A stretch of DNA of 64,000 nucleotides from Octopus sinensis (Eukaryota): contig NC_042999.1 of NCBI RefSeq assembly GCF_006345805.1, positions 11,780,001 to 11,844,000 of the forward strand. The letters run 5' to 3'. This document shows positions 26,321-40,818 of this stretch, one piece after another (the first letter of the stretch is position 1; each line of letters starts with the position of its first letter). Made by a program: the position numbers and the translations under genes. Under the pieces are notes generated by a model. It was not told the DNA's origin. It did not search any database and saw only the letters and a list, made by a program, of their open reading frames with translations.

Positions 26321-28354
26321 AATGGTTTCAAATTTTGTCACAATTCCAGCAACTTTGGGGAAAGTGATTAAGTTGATGATATCAATCCCAGGATTAGATT
26401 GGTACTTATTTTATTAACCCTGAAAGGGTGAAAGACAAAGTCAATCTTGGCAGCATTTGAACTCAGAATATAAAGAGCTGGAAGAAATGCTGCTAAGTAT
26501 TGTGTTTGATGTGATGACAATCCTGCCAGCTTGCTACCTTAACAGCAACAGCAACAATAATAATGGTTTCTAAGTTTGCTTTATGTATGTCGCACGCTAA
26601 TTTCTCCAGTTAAAACCAAGTCTCATATGATGTGCTTTATACATGAGTAAATATGGTAACCTAATAAAAACTATTTAAAATTGAAGGATGATTAACCAAA
26701 ACATCTTCATGAAATTGTGAAGTATCTGGTGGTGTGAACAGTGATAAAAATTCCTAGAACAAAACAATTTGTCTGCAACAAGAAGTATTTCAGATGCAGC
26801 AAAAAACAAAGAACTGGAAGATACCAAAGTGTCACACAATCGCAAACCTCTGGTTTAAAATGTTTAACAGAGACATAAACAGACTTGGCAAAAGTGTTTT
26901 ATGAGACTCAGCTGGATTCAAAGACAAACTATTGACTAAAGAAAAACTGTTTTAATTCGCAATAATAAAGAAACAGCAAAACCTAAAACCTAGCGACCAA
27001 TACCTGCCTCCCTATAACTTTCTGCTGCCATAGGAGAGTAACTGAATATACTGATTCTTCTGTTCCTCTCCTAAAAAATGTGAGTAACCATGTAGCTCTA
27101 CCACAAGAATCTGCTCTGCCCACCTGTCTCTCATACTGCATCCCTTCAAACTCCAGCATAAATCTGTTCTCTCTCTGACAGCATGAAGAAAAAGCACCAA
27201 TGCACTGTGGAAAGTGGAAGGGTGTCCTCCAGCCATAGAAATCAAAAACAGACAACATTGGAGGATGATGCAGTCGTTGGGTTCATCGCATCCTATCAAT
27301 CTCTCCAACCAATGTCAGCACAGGAAGCAGACATGAAATGATGATGACGATGTGGACAGAAAAATAAAATGAAAAAATTGTTTCCAGAAGAATAGATCAA
27401 AACATCACCTGGCAGGTAGAACAAAGTAATTAAGCCATAAACACATCCTTGAAGAGGGAGAAGGAAAGGTGAGAACATAACATGGATTAATTACCAGAAG
27501 GTTTTTGGATAGAATTCCCTTCATGAGGATTTTATGAAGACTAGCCATGAATGTGATGGCACCAATAATAAAAAGGCACATGAAACACATCAGGAGTAAA
27601 TGGCACATAATTTCTGCTGTAGATGGAAATAAAAGAGTGTAGTGATGATGGTGGTGGTGGTGGTAATGGTGTGTGTGTGTGTGTGTTAAGGTTGTGGTGG
27701 TGTAATCTACATTATCCTCATTAACCTCATTAATATCATAATAATTTTACTCTCTTCATCATAAAACACCATCAGCATCATCACACCATTTTGGAAACAT
27801 TACTTCCAAACAACAACAACAAACACCATTTTGTAGAATCTTCATCATCCACTGCCACCACCACCACCACCACCGCCACCACCACCGCCACCACTACCGC
27901 CACCACCACTGCCGCCGCCGCCACCACCACCATCACACTCCCCCACAAATTCTATCTTTTAAAACAAATACTACGGTTGGTCACAGTTTTCCCAAGAAGA
28001 ATGGCGAATTGTTGCGTTGTCAGCTTAGCAGATTGGATTAGAAGAGAAAGTAAATATTTCTCTGCTTATTGACACAGAAATCTGTCAATAATCCAATAAT
28101 CCAATCAAAGATTACATTTGCTGTTTGTCTTTTACTGCCAGTTCATCTCCCCCCCCCCCCCAAGCACACACATTTGCTAAATTAGTTGGCACTAACAATG
28201 GTAAAAAGCAATTCTGTTGAACGGCAACAATAAGCTTGGTTAAACATCATTTCATTAGAATTTGAAGAAAACAGTTGAAATTGGCTGAGTTTTTTGAAGT
28301 TCTCCAAAAGTTATTTTTCTGGAGCAGAAGGACCGTGGCGTTTGCTGCATACTC

Positions 28355-28390
<36 letters not shown>

Positions 28391-30044
28391 CACATGTATG
28401 CACATGCACACACAAGTACTCACAGATGTGCACACTCACACATATTCACTCACTCATACACACACACAATGCTCATGTACACACACACTCACCCACATGA
28501 GCACACACACACACAGACACGTGCACAAACGTGTACTCTCACCCACCCACACATACACTAAACAACACCTCCTTCACCTCCAACAGCCTTAACCCTTGTG
28601 CCTCGTCCCCTCTCCATCTGTGTCATTTTCCCCACTGTAATCATTCTTGTGTAAATAAATAGATTTACATAACAAAACGGATTAGCAGAATAAAGGGTGG
28701 GAGGTAAATGCAGAATAAATAAGTCTTGCCAATACATACGGTGAGGCACAGGGGCAGGCGTAGCCATGGGGTTAGTGAACAAGCTTGGGTTCAATCCCAC
28801 TGCATGGCACCTTGTGTGTCTTCTGCCATAGCCTCAGGTCAAGTGGATTTGGTCGACAGAAACTGGAAGAAGCTTGTTGTTTGTTTGTATTTGGTGAAGG
28901 TGAACGACTTAGTGGTGAGGCTATTCAGCTCAAGTTTGTCGGGTGGGGACCACAATGCCCAGTGGCAGGTTGTGTCCTTGAGTAAAACACTTTGATGATG
29001 ATGATGCTCCAGTTTACTCACTTGGCCAAAATGAGTTGTATCTGTATTCCAAAGGGTCAGCTTTGTCATGTTCTGAATCTTCCCGAGAACTACATTAAGG
29101 GTACCCATGCTAACCCACTTTCACACTGATTTCATAAGCAGCCTGCTCCATTGATTGGATCAGCTGGAACCCTCATTGTTAAACCCTCCTCACTAATTTC
29201 ATGAGCTGGCTGCATCAATTGCAATCCTCATCATTGTAACACTCATCAGTAAAGGAGTTTCCCTGTCATACAAGCAGTGTTATTCATTTTGCTATCTTCC
29301 ATGTACACCATGTCTAGTTTGTGCAAAAATATTATCTTGTTTGGAAACAGGTGAAGGTTGGTGACAGAAAGAGCATCCAGCCACAGAAAATCTGCCGCAA
29401 TAAATTCTGTCTGACTAATGTATGCATAAAAATGTGGACATTAAACAATGGTCATCTTTCTGTTCCTAAAAAAGAGAGCTTATTCTGGGCCAGGTGGGGT
29501 TCGTAAGAGAATCGAAATTGTGATGTACCTCTTGTTGATTACATGCTTATGTTAAGGTGAGTTTGGAATCTAAGCAATCTTTAGTGCAAATATAATTACT
29601 AATTGATTATTTAATTGTAACAAGGCAATAGAGATATATTTAAGGACTGAAAATTAAACTGATTACTCTTAGTGCTTTGAATGTCAGAAAACCCCCCACA
29701 GTGGAGTTAAATGTGGTCATTAAGAATATATTAGGTCCTGTTAACGTTAATATAGGAGTAGGCAAGCAAGGGAGGTAACTTCCAACATTTCTGTTTCATT
29801 AGGCCTCCTCAGTGGAAACATAAATTTGTTGGCATTGCAGTAAGTAAACTGTTGTATAGAAGAATTATAAAGCAACAACATGGAGTCATCCTAGAGAAAA
29901 TGAGATTGATTAATCATGTAAGTGGGGTGGATAATCAAGCTTTTAAATAAAAAAGGGTGGAATTTAAAATTTCCAGTGTTTTACGTAGAGTAAGATACAA
30001 CACTAAAGGAAACTAACCAAATGTGATATTTTGGTTATTAATAT

Positions 30045-33000
30045 TGGTCCCTAATTTTGGCAAAAGACCAGCAATTCCTGGGGAGGGGGTTAAGTTGATT
30101 GCATCAACGCCAGTACTCAACGGGTGCTTATCAACCCGAAAAGGATGAAAGGCAAAGTCAACCTTGGCAGTATTTGAACTCAGAATGTAAAGACAGATGA
30201 AAGCATCTTGTCTGGTATGCTAAGCATTTTGCCTGACATGCAAAGCATTTTGCCTGACATGCAAAGCATTTTGCCTGTCATGCAAAGCATTTTGCCTGTC
30301 ATGCAAAGCATTTTGCCTGTCATGCTAAGCATTTTGCCTGTCATGCTAAGCATTTTGCCTGTCATGCTAAGCATTTTGCCTGTCATGCAAAGCATTTTGC
30401 CTCTCATGCAAAGCATTTTGCCTGTCATGCAAAGCATTTTGCCTCTCATGCAAAGCATTTTGCCTGTCATGCAAAGCATTTTGCCTGTCATGCTAAGCAT
30501 TTTGCCTGTCATGCAAAGCATTTTGCCTGTCATGCAAAGCATTTTGCCTGTCATGCTAAGCATTTTGCCTGTCATGCTAAGCATTTTGCCTGTCATGCAA
30601 AGCATTTTGCCTCTCATGCTAAGCATTTTGCCTGTCATGCAAAGCATTTTGCCTCTCATGCAAAGCATTTTGCCTGTCATGCAAAGCATTTTGCCTGTCA
30701 TGCTAAGCATTTTGCCTGTCATGCAAAGCATTTTGCCTGTCATGCAAAGCATTTTGCCTGTCATGCTAAGTATTATGTCTGTCATGCTAAGCATTTTGCC
30801 TGTCATGCAAAGCATTTTGCCTGTCATGCTAAGTATTATGTCTGTCATGCTAAGTATTATGTCTGTCATGCAAAGCATTTTGTCTGTCATGATAAACATT
30901 ATGTCTGTCATGCTAGGCATTTTGCCTGCCATATTAAGCATTTTGCCTGATATGTTTTGCCTGGCATGCAAAGCATTTTGCCTGTCATCCAAAGCATTTT
31001 GCCTGTCATGCAAAGCATTTTGCCTGACATGCAAAGCATTTTGCCTGTCATGCAAAGCATTTTGCCTGTCATGCAAAGCATTTTGCCTGTCATGCAAAGC
31101 ATTTTGCCTGTCATGCTAAGCATTTTGCCTGTCATGCAAAGCATTTTGCCTGTCATGCAAAGCATTTTGCCTGTCATGCTAAGTATTATGTCTGTCATGC
31201 TAAGCATTTTGCCTGTCATGCAAAGCATTTTGCCTGTCATGCTAAGTATTATGTCTGTCATGCTAAGTATTATGTCTGTCATGCAAAGCATTTTGTCTGC
31301 CATGATAAACATTATGTCTGTCATGCTAGGCATTTTGCCTGCCATATTAAGCATTTTGCCTGATATGTTTTGCCTGGCATGCAAAGCATTTTGCCTGTCA
31401 TGCTAAGTATTATGGCTGTCATGCTAAGCATTTTGCCTGTCATGCAAAGCATTTTGCCTGTCATGCTAAGTATTATGGCTGCCATGCAAAGCATTTTGCC
31501 TGTCATGGAAAGCATTTTGCCTGTCATGCTAAGTATTATGTCTGTCATGCTAAGCATTTTGCCTGTCATGCAAAGCATTTTGCCTGTCATGCTAAGTATT
31601 ATGTCTGTCATGCTAAGCATTTTGCCTGTCATGCAAAGCATTTTGCCTGTCATGCAAAGCATTTTGCCTGTCATGCTAAGTATTATGTCTGTCATGCTAA
31701 GCATTTTGCCTCTCATGCAAAGCATTTTGCCTGTCATGCAAAGCATTTTGCCTGTCATGCTAAGTATTATGTCTGTCATGCTAAGCATTTTGCCTGTCAT
31801 GCAAAGCATTTTGCCTGTCATGCAAAGCATTTTGCCTGTCATGCTAAGTATTATGTCTGTCATGCTAAGCATTTTGCCTGTCATGCAAAGCATTTTGCCT
31901 GTCATGCTAAGTATTATGTCTGTCATGCTAAGTATTATGTCTGTCATGCTAGGCATTTTGCCTGCCATATTAAGCATTTTGCCTGATATGTTTTGCCTGG
32001 CATGCTAAGTATTATGTCTGTCATGCAAAGCATTTTGCCTGTCATGCAAAGCATTTTGCCTGTCATGCTAAGTATTATGTCTGTCATGCTAAGCATTTTG
32101 CCTGTCATGCTAAGTATTATGTCTGTCATGCTAAGCATTTTGCCTGTCATGCAAAGCATTTTGCCTGTCATGCTAAGTATTATGTCTGTCATGCTAAGCA
32201 TTTTGCCTGTCATGCTAAGTATTATGTCTGTCATGCTAAGCATTTTGCCTGTCATGCAAAGCATTTTGCCTGTCATGCTAAGTATTATGTCTGTCATACT
32301 AAGCATTTTGCCTGTCATGCAAAGCATTTTGCCTGTCATGCTAAGTATTATGTCTGTCATGCAAAGCATTTTGCCTGTCATGCTAAGTATTATGTCTGTC
32401 ATGCTAAGCACTTTGCCTGGCATGCAAAGCATTTTGCCTGTCATGCTAAGTATTATGTCCGTCATGCTAAGTATTATGTCTGTCATGCAAAGCATTTTGC
32501 CTCTCATGCAAAGCATTTTGCCTGTCATGCTAAGTATTATGTCTGTCATGCTAAGCATTTTGCCTGTCATGCAAAGCATTTTGCCTGTCATGCTAAGTAT
32601 TATGTCTGTCATGCTAAGTATTATGTCTGTCATGCTAAGCATTTTGCCTCTCATGCAAAGTATTTTGTCTGTCATGCTAAGTATTATGTCTGTCATGCTA
32701 CGCATTTTGCCTGTCATGCAAAGCATTTTGCCTGTCATGCTAAGTATTATGTCTGTCATGCTAAGCATTTTGCCTGTCATGCAAACCATTTTGCCTGTCA
32801 TGCTAAGTATTATGTCTGTCATGCTAAGTATTATGTCTGTCATGCTAAGCATTTTGCCTCTCATGCAAAGCATTTTGTCTGTCATGCTAAGCATTTTGCC
32901 TGTCATGCAAAGCATTTTGCCTGTCATGCAAAGCATTTTGCCTGTCATGCAAAGCATTTTGCCTGTCATGCTAAGTATTATGTCTGTCATGCAAAGCATT

Positions 33001-36000
33001 TTGCTGTCATGCAAAGCATTTTGCCTGTCATGCAAAGCATTTTGCCTGTCATGCAAAGCATTTTGCCTGTCATGCTAAGTATTATGTCTGTCATGCTAAG
33101 CATTTTGTCTGTCATGCAAAGCATTTTGCCTGTCATGCAAAGCATTTTGCCTGTCATGCTAAGTATTATGTCTGTCATGCTAAGCATTTTGCCTCTCATG
33201 CAAAGCATTTTGCCTGTCATGCAAAGCATTTTGCCTGTCATGCTAAGTATTATGTCCGTCATGCTAAGCATTTTGCCTGTCATGCAAAGCATTTTGCCTG
33301 TCATGCAAAGCATTTTGCCTGTCATGCTAAGTATTATGTCTGTCATGCTAAGCATTTTGCCTGTCATGCAAAGCATTTTGCCTGTCATGCAAAGCATTTT
33401 GCCTGTCATGCTAAGTATTATGTCTGTCATGCTAAGCATTTTGCCTGTCATGCAAAGCATTTTGCCTGTCATGCAAAGCATTTTGCCTGTCATGCTAAGT
33501 ATTATGTCTGTCATGCTAAGCATTTTGCCTGTCATGCAAAGCATTTTGCCTGTCATGCAAAGCATTTTCCCTGTCATGCTAAGTATTATGTCTGTCATGC
33601 TAAGCATTTTGCCTGTCATGCAAAGCATTTTGCCTGTCATGCTAAGTATTATGTCTGTCATGCTAAGCATTTTGCCTCTCATGCAAAGCATTTTGCCTGT
33701 CATGCTAAGTATTATGTCTGTCATGCTAAGTATTATGTCTGTCATGCTAGGCATTTTGCCTGCCATATTAAGCATTTTGCCTGATATGTTTTGCCTGGCA
33801 TGCAAAGCATTTTGCCTGTCATGCTAAGTATTATGGCTGTCATGCTAAGCATTTTGCCTGTCATGCAAAGCATTTTGCCTGTCATGCTAAGTATTATGTC
33901 TGTCATGCAAAGCATTTTGCCTGTCATGCAAAGCATTTTGCCTGTCATGCTAAGTATTATGTCTGTCATGCTAAGCATTTTGCCTGTCATGCTAAGTATT
34001 ATGTCTGTCATGCTAAGCATTTTGCCTGTCATGCAAAGCATTTTGCCTGTCATGCTAAGTATTATGTCTGTCATACTAAGCATTTTGCCTGTCATGCAAA
34101 GCATTTTGCCTGTCATGCTAAGTATTATGTCTGTCATGCAACGCATTTTGCCTGTCATGCTAAATATTATGTCTGTCATGCTAAGCACTTTGCCTGGCAT
34201 GCAAAGCATTTTGCCTGTCATGCTAAGTATTATGTCCGTCATGCTAAGTATTATGTCTGTCATGCAAAGCATTTTGCCTCTCATGCAAAGCATTTTGCCT
34301 GTCATGCTAAGTATTATGTCTGTCATGCTAAGCATTTTGCCTGTCATGCAAAGCATTTTGCCTGTCATGCTAAGTATTATGTCTGTCATGCTAAGCATTT
34401 TGCCTGTCATGCAAACCATTTTGCCTGTCATGCTAAGTATTATGTCTGTCATGCTAAGTATTATGTCTGTCATGCTAAGCATTTTGCCTCTCATGCAAAG
34501 CATTTTGTCTGTCATGCTAAGCATTTTGCCTGTCATGCAAAGCATTTTGCCTGTCATGCAAAGCATTTTGCCTGTCATGCAAAGCATTTTGCCTGTCATG
34601 CTAAGTATTATGTCTGTCATGCTAAGCATTTTGCCTGTCATGCAAAGCATTTTGCCTGTCATGCAAAGCATTTTGCCTGTCATGCTAAGTATTATGTCTG
34701 TCATGCTAAGCATTTTGTCTGTCATGCAAAGCATTTTGCCTGTCATGCAAAGCATTTTGCCTGTCATGCTAAGTATTATGTCTGTCATGCTAAGCATTTT
34801 GCCTCTCATGCAAAGCATTTTGCCTGTCATGCAAAGCATTTTGCCTGTCATGCTAAGTATTATGTCTGTCATGCTAAGCATTTTGCCTGTCATGCAAAGC
34901 ATTTTGCCTGTCATGCAAAGCATTTTGCCTGTCATGCTAAGTATTATGTCTGTCATGCTAAGCATTTCGCCTGTCATGCAAAGCATTTTGCCTGTCATGC
35001 AAAGCATTTTGCCTGTCATGCTAAGTATTATGTCTGTCATGCTAAGCATTTTGCCTGTCATGCAAAGCATTTTGCTGTCATGCAAAGCATTTTGCCTGTC
35101 ATGCTAAGTATTATGTCTGTCATGCTAAGCATTTTGCCTGTCATGCAAAGCATTTTGCCTGTCATGCAAAGCATTTTCCTGTCATGCTAAGTATTATGTC
35201 TGTCATGCTAAGCATTTTGCCTGTCATGCAAAGCATTTTGCCTGTCATGCTAAGTATTATGTCTGTCATGCTAAGCATTTTGCCTCTCATGCAAAGCATT
35301 TTGCCTGTCATGCTAAGTATTATGTCTGTCATGCTAAGTATTATGTCTGTCATGCTAGGCATTTTGCCTGCCATATTAAGCATTTTGCCTGATATGTTTT
35401 GCCTGGCATGCAAAGCATTTTGCCTGTCATGCTAAGTATTATGGCTGTCATGCTAAGCATTTTGCCTGTCATGCAAAGCATTTTGCCTGTCATGCAAAGC
35501 ATTTTGCCTGTCATGCTAAGTATTATGTCTGTCATGCAAAGCATTTTGCCTGTCATGCAAAGCATTTTGCCTGTCATGCAAAGCATTTTGCCTCTCATGC
35601 AAAGCATTTTGCCTGTCATGCTAAGTATTATGTCTGTCATGCTAAGCATTTTGCCTGTCATGCAAAGCATTTTGCCTGTCATGCTAAGTATTATGTCTGT
35701 CATGCTAAGCATTTTGCCTGTCATGCAAACCATTTTGCCTGTCATGCTAAGTATTATGTCTGTCATGCTAAGTATTATGTCTGTCATGCTAAGCATTTTG
35801 CCTCTCATGCAAAGCATTTTGTCTGTCATGCTAAGCATTTTGCCTGTCATGCAAAGCATTTTGCCTGTCATGCAAAGCATTTTGCCTGTCATGCAAAGCA
35901 TTTTGCCTGTCATGCTAAGTATTATGTCTGTCATGCTAAGCATTTTGCCTGTCATGCAAAGCATTTTGCCTGTCATGCAAAGCATTTTGCCTGTCACGCT

Positions 36001-38324
36001 AAGTATTATGTCTGTCATGCTAAGCATTTTGTCTGTCATGCAAAGCATTTTGCCTGTCATGCAAAGCATTTTGCCTGTCATGCTAAGTATTATGTCTGTC
36101 ATGCTAAGCATTTTGCCTCTCATGCAAAGCATTTTGCCTGTCATGCAAAGCATTTTGCCTGTCATGCTAAGTATTATGTCTGTCATGCTAAGCATTTTGC
36201 CTGTCATGCAAAGCATTTTGCCTGTCATGCAAAGCATTTTGCCTGTCATGCTAAGTATTATGTCTGTCATGCTAAGCATTTCGCCTGTCATGCAAAGCAT
36301 TTTGCCTGTCATGCAAAGCATTTTGCCTGTCATGCTAAGTATTATGTCTGTCATGCTAAGCATTTTGCCTGTCATGCAAAGCATTTTGCCTGTCATGCAA
36401 AGCATTTTGCCTGTCATGCTAAGTATTATGTCTGTCATGCTAAGCATTTTGCCTGTCATGCAAAGCATTTTGCCTGTCATGCAAAGCATTTTCCCTGTCA
36501 TGCTAAGTATTATGTCTGTCATGCTAAGCATTTTGCCTGTCATGCAAAGCATTTTGCCTGTCATGCTAAGTATTATGTCTGTCATGCTAAGCATTTTGCC
36601 TCTCATGCAAAGCATTTTGCCTGTCATGCTAAGTATTATGTCTGTCATGCTAAGTATTATGTCTGTCATGCTAGGCATTTTGCCTGCCATATTAAGCATT
36701 TTGCCTGATATGTTTTGCCTGGCATGCAAAGCATTTTGCCTGTCATGCTAAGTATTATGGCTGTCATGCTAAGCATTTTGCCTGTCATGCAAAGCATTTT
36801 GCCTGTCATGCAAGCATTTTGCCTGTCATGCAAGTATTATGTCTGTCATGCAAAGCATTTTGCCTGTCATGCAAAGCATTTTGCCTGTCATGCAAAGCAT
36901 TTTGCCTCTCATGCAAAGCATTTTGCCTGTCATGCTAAGTATTATGTCTGTCATGCTAAGCATTTTGCCTGTCATGCAAAGCATTTTGCCTGTCATGCTA
37001 AGTATTATGTCTGTCATGCTAAGCATTTTGCCTGTCATGCAAACCATTTTGCCTGTCATGCTAAGTATTATGTCTGTCATGCTAAGTATTATGTCTGTCA
37101 TGCTAAGCATTTTGCCTCTCATGCAAAGCATTTTGTCTGTCATGCTAAGCATTTTGCCTGTCATGCAAAGCATTTTGCCTGTCATGCAAAGCATTTTGCC
37201 TGTCATGCAAAGCATTTTGCCTGTCATGCTAAGTATTATGTCTGTCATGCTAAGCATTTTGCCTGTCATGCAAAGCATTTTGCCTGTCATGCAAAGCATT
37301 TTGCCTGTCACGCTAAGTATTATGTCTGTCATGCTAAGCATTTTGTCTGTCATGCAAAGCATTTTGCCTGTCATGCAAAGCATTTTGCCTGTCATGCTAA
37401 GTATTATGTCTGTCATGCTAAGCATTTTGCCTCTCATGCAAAGCATTTTGCCTGTCATGCAAAGCATTTTGCCTGTCATGCTAAGTATATGTCTGTCATG
37501 CTAAGCATTTTGCCTGTCATGCAAAGCATTTTGCCTGTCATGCAAAGCATTTTGCCTGTCATGCTAAGTATTATGTCTGTCATGCTAAGCATTTTGCCTG
37601 TCATGCAAAGCATTTTGCCTGTCATGCAAAGCATTTTGCCTGTCATGCTAAGTATTATGTCTGTCATGCTAAGCATTTTGCCTCTCATGCAAAGCATTTT
37701 GCCTGTCATGCAAAGCATTTTGCCTGTCATGCTAAGTATTATGTCTGTCATGCTAAGCATTTTGCCTGTCATGCAAAGCATTTTGCCTGTCATGCAAAGC
37801 ATTTTGCCTGTCATGCTAAGTATTATGTCTGTCATGCTAAGCATTTTGCCTGTCATGCAAAGCATTTTGCCTGTCTTGCTAAGTATTATGTCTGTCATGC
37901 AAAGCATTTTGCCTGTCATGCAAAGCATTTTGCCTGTCATGCAAAGCATTTTGCCTGTCATGCTAAGTATTATGTCTGTCATGCTAAGCATTTTGCCTGT
38001 CATGCAAAGCATTTTGCCTGTCATGCAAGGCATTTTGCCTGTCATGCTAAGTATTATGTCTGTCATGCTAAGCATTTTGCCTGTCATGCAAAGCATTTTG
38101 CCTGTCATGCAAAGCATTTTGCCTGTCATGCTAAGTATTATGTCTGTCATGCTAAGCATTTTGCCTGGCATGCAAAGCATTTTGCCTGTCATGCAAAGCA
38201 TTTTGCCTGTCATGCTAAGTATTATGTCTGTCATGCTAAGCATTTTGCCTGTTAAGCAAAGCATTTTGCCTGTCATGCAAAGCATTTCGCCTGGCATGCT
38301 AACGATTCTGCCTGCTCACTGCCT
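30045..38324 (-). mobile_element. Family A SINE split by the internal satellite
   Basis: Left flank ..aaggatgaaaggcaaagtcaaccttggcagtatttgaactcagaatgtaaag and right flank gctaacgattctgcctgctcactgcct are contiguous in intact copies (e.g. 21530-21621, 26420-26540). Confidence 0.88.
30198..38297. repeat. 21-bp tandem satellite, ~8.1 kb, about 385 units
   Basis: Main variants gcaaagcattttgcctgtcat, gctaagcattttgcctgtcat and gctaagtattatgtctgtcat. Confidence 0.99.
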
Positions 38325-39018
38325 AATTATGGCAATTATCTCTGATCTGAAAGTGTCTGGACTTTTATTATAATTTTCTTATTAGGGGACAGTTGCACAA
38401 TGCTTTAGAATAAAACCTATTTTCATTCTGGAATCCAGGACCTTGAGCTTCATGGACGAAATAACAGTACTAACATGGCTGGCAATATGCATTTCTTCAC
38501 AAGACTTGCTTACGTTGGTGGAACTGAGTTATATTAGAGCTGTGTGTGTGTGTGTGTGTGTAAATGCACAACTGGGATATTTGGTCGATTGCTTTCCCCT
38601 TCAACTCCTCCACTCCTCACTCCCCATCACCTCCCTAAACTAAAGTTCTTACCTTATATCATTTTTCTAACAACTCATAACCCCTTCCTTATTCGCCCTT
38701 CGTCCATTAAGACTCTTCCCTCCAACCTCACCTTCATCGATCACTCCCACCTGCCACCAGATTCTCTCTCTGCCTGTCCCTCTTCATACTCTCTGCCTGC
38801 CCCTCTCTCTCTTCCCCATGCACTCCTGCAACTCACCCCACAACACACCAGCATCTCTCTTTCACTGCTCCATATTATCAAGGCTCAGTTTCGCTTTTAT
38901 CCTTTCAGGGTTCATCAAATAACTACCAGTCAAATACTGAGGTCATTACAATCAAATTGCCCCTCCACTCAAAATTGCTGGCCTCCTTTATTATTATTAT
39001 TGTTGTTATTATTATTAC

Positions 39019-39049
<31 letters not shown>

Positions 39050-40576
39050 GAGTTTGTCCAGTATTGCCTCCAAGGTATTTTGCAAACTGTTAGTGATGAA
39101 TGTCCCCGTCATTGATACCCTTGAGGCTAATAAAAGAAATTTTATAATAATAATAATAATAATGATGATGATGATGATGATGATATGTATTTGTAATTCA
39201 TATGTATAGAGTGAAATTTCAGAAATCACAATTTGTTTGCCAATTATATTGGAAAGAAAACAATCTCCAAATTCTTGCAACTTAATAAAATTCTGGTAAA
39301 ATGCATTTTTTTTAAAGTAAAATCTCGTCTGTTGCAGTTTGCAGCTGTCAACAGCAGGGGTCACATATAATTGACTTGTACAGTAGATTCAATTAAGTTT
39401 GCCTCCTGCCCCAGCTCATGGAGTCCCAGGGGGGTGAGGTAGAGCATACTAAAGGATATATAAAGCCATTAGTATTTGACATGGGTATCATATTGTAGGA
39501 GGCGTGGGCTCTTGGATTGTGGTGGTGGTGGTGGGGGGGGGCATGATTCCAATATTGGCTTTGGGCTGCTTAGATTCCTTCTTGCAAGGGTTTCGTTTAA
39601 TTTCAATCGTTTATGGCAAGTGAAGAATTGTGCCAACTTCCAGAACTTTGTCTACAATAAAATCGTTAGTCATTTTGTCTTGTTGCTTGAAGGGACCAAA
39701 GAATTGACCAATTGCTCCACTGTATCTTTGAAGAGGTGCTAGAAACAATCTATGCATTCAGCTACAGTCCAACTCAGTGTTACTACTGCTGCTGCTGCTG
39801 CTACTACTACAACCACCATCACCTCCAGTATCTTCATCAACTGCCACCATGACCATTATGGTGTCATAACGAAAAAATTCTTTGTTAAATATCAAAAAAC
39901 AGAGTTAGGTAGTAAAAGTATTGTACTAATAGCTAACATTGGTGCTTCTTGATATTTTTGGCTTCTTTTTTGACTTCATGGAGATCAAATATAAATTCAC
40001 TGGTGCACACACATAATTGTGCGGCGGTCAAGAAGGTAGCTTCCCAACCACATGGTTCAGCCCCACCGCATTGCACCTTGGACAAGTGTCTTCTACTATA
40101 GTTCCAGGTTGACTAAAAGCCTTGTGAGTAGATTTGGTAGATGGAAACTAAAAGAAGCCCATCATATGTGTGCTTGTGTGTGTGCTTGTGTGTGTGTGAG
40201 TGTGTGGTGAATGTGTGTGTTTGTGTCTTCTTCTCTTCTCATTAGATGACAATTGCAAACGAGCGTCATTCTCACATGAGCAGTATTCTTCGTTTCCAAT
40301 TTTCCATGAAAAACCATTTTTTTACCATGGGGAAACATTACCATGCTTGGAAGCATGAAAGAGTTGGTGACTGGAAAAGCATCCAGCCATAGGAAATGTT
40401 CCTCAACAAATTTCATCTCAACTAAAAGTGGATGTTAAAATGATGACAACGATGGTAGAGTTAGAAGAATAAAGAAAAGGAAAAGGAAGGCGGACTGAAT
40501 GTGTTTGGAAGACGGACGTTTCCATACATCTTCCATATGTCACTAATTGGTTGACTTATATAATAAACTTGAAATT

Positions 40577-40818
40577 TCATAACAACTCTTCCATTATTTT
40601 AACTTCCGGGACGAAACATTTCGTAATTAATTTTAAACTTCCACCACAATTCCTACACTTAGTCGCCTTGCTGACACAAGCCAATGTTCTTTCCTCTTTT
40701 ATATTACCATTCTCCTCGTTTGTATTATCATCTTTCTTGTTTATGTTATCGTTACTCGACACAGAGCTTGCCAAAAATAAGATTTCAATGGTGCAGGAAG
40801 TGTTTGCCATATTGTTGC
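40577..40818 (-). CDS. Candidate terminal exon of an unknown gene
   Basis: tttatttAG acceptor, then an ~80-codon non-repetitive frame NNMANTSCTIEIL..CRNCGG..EELL*; no recognised domain. Confidence 0.2.

Noticed and set aside
26560-27000. Possible third R4/Dong RT fragment (KNWKIPKCHTIANLWFK)
   Set aside because: Only one weak motif; too decayed to call.
30198-38297. CRISPR-like array
   Set aside because: Units are head-to-tail with no unique spacers; there are no cas genes or leader; the context is eukaryotic and the unit derives from a SINE.
30180-38373. Long ORFs on both strands (MQSILPV / MTGKMLC heptads)
   Set aside because: A by-product of a stop-free 21-bp unit; frames break at shortened units and no splice or coding context is visible.
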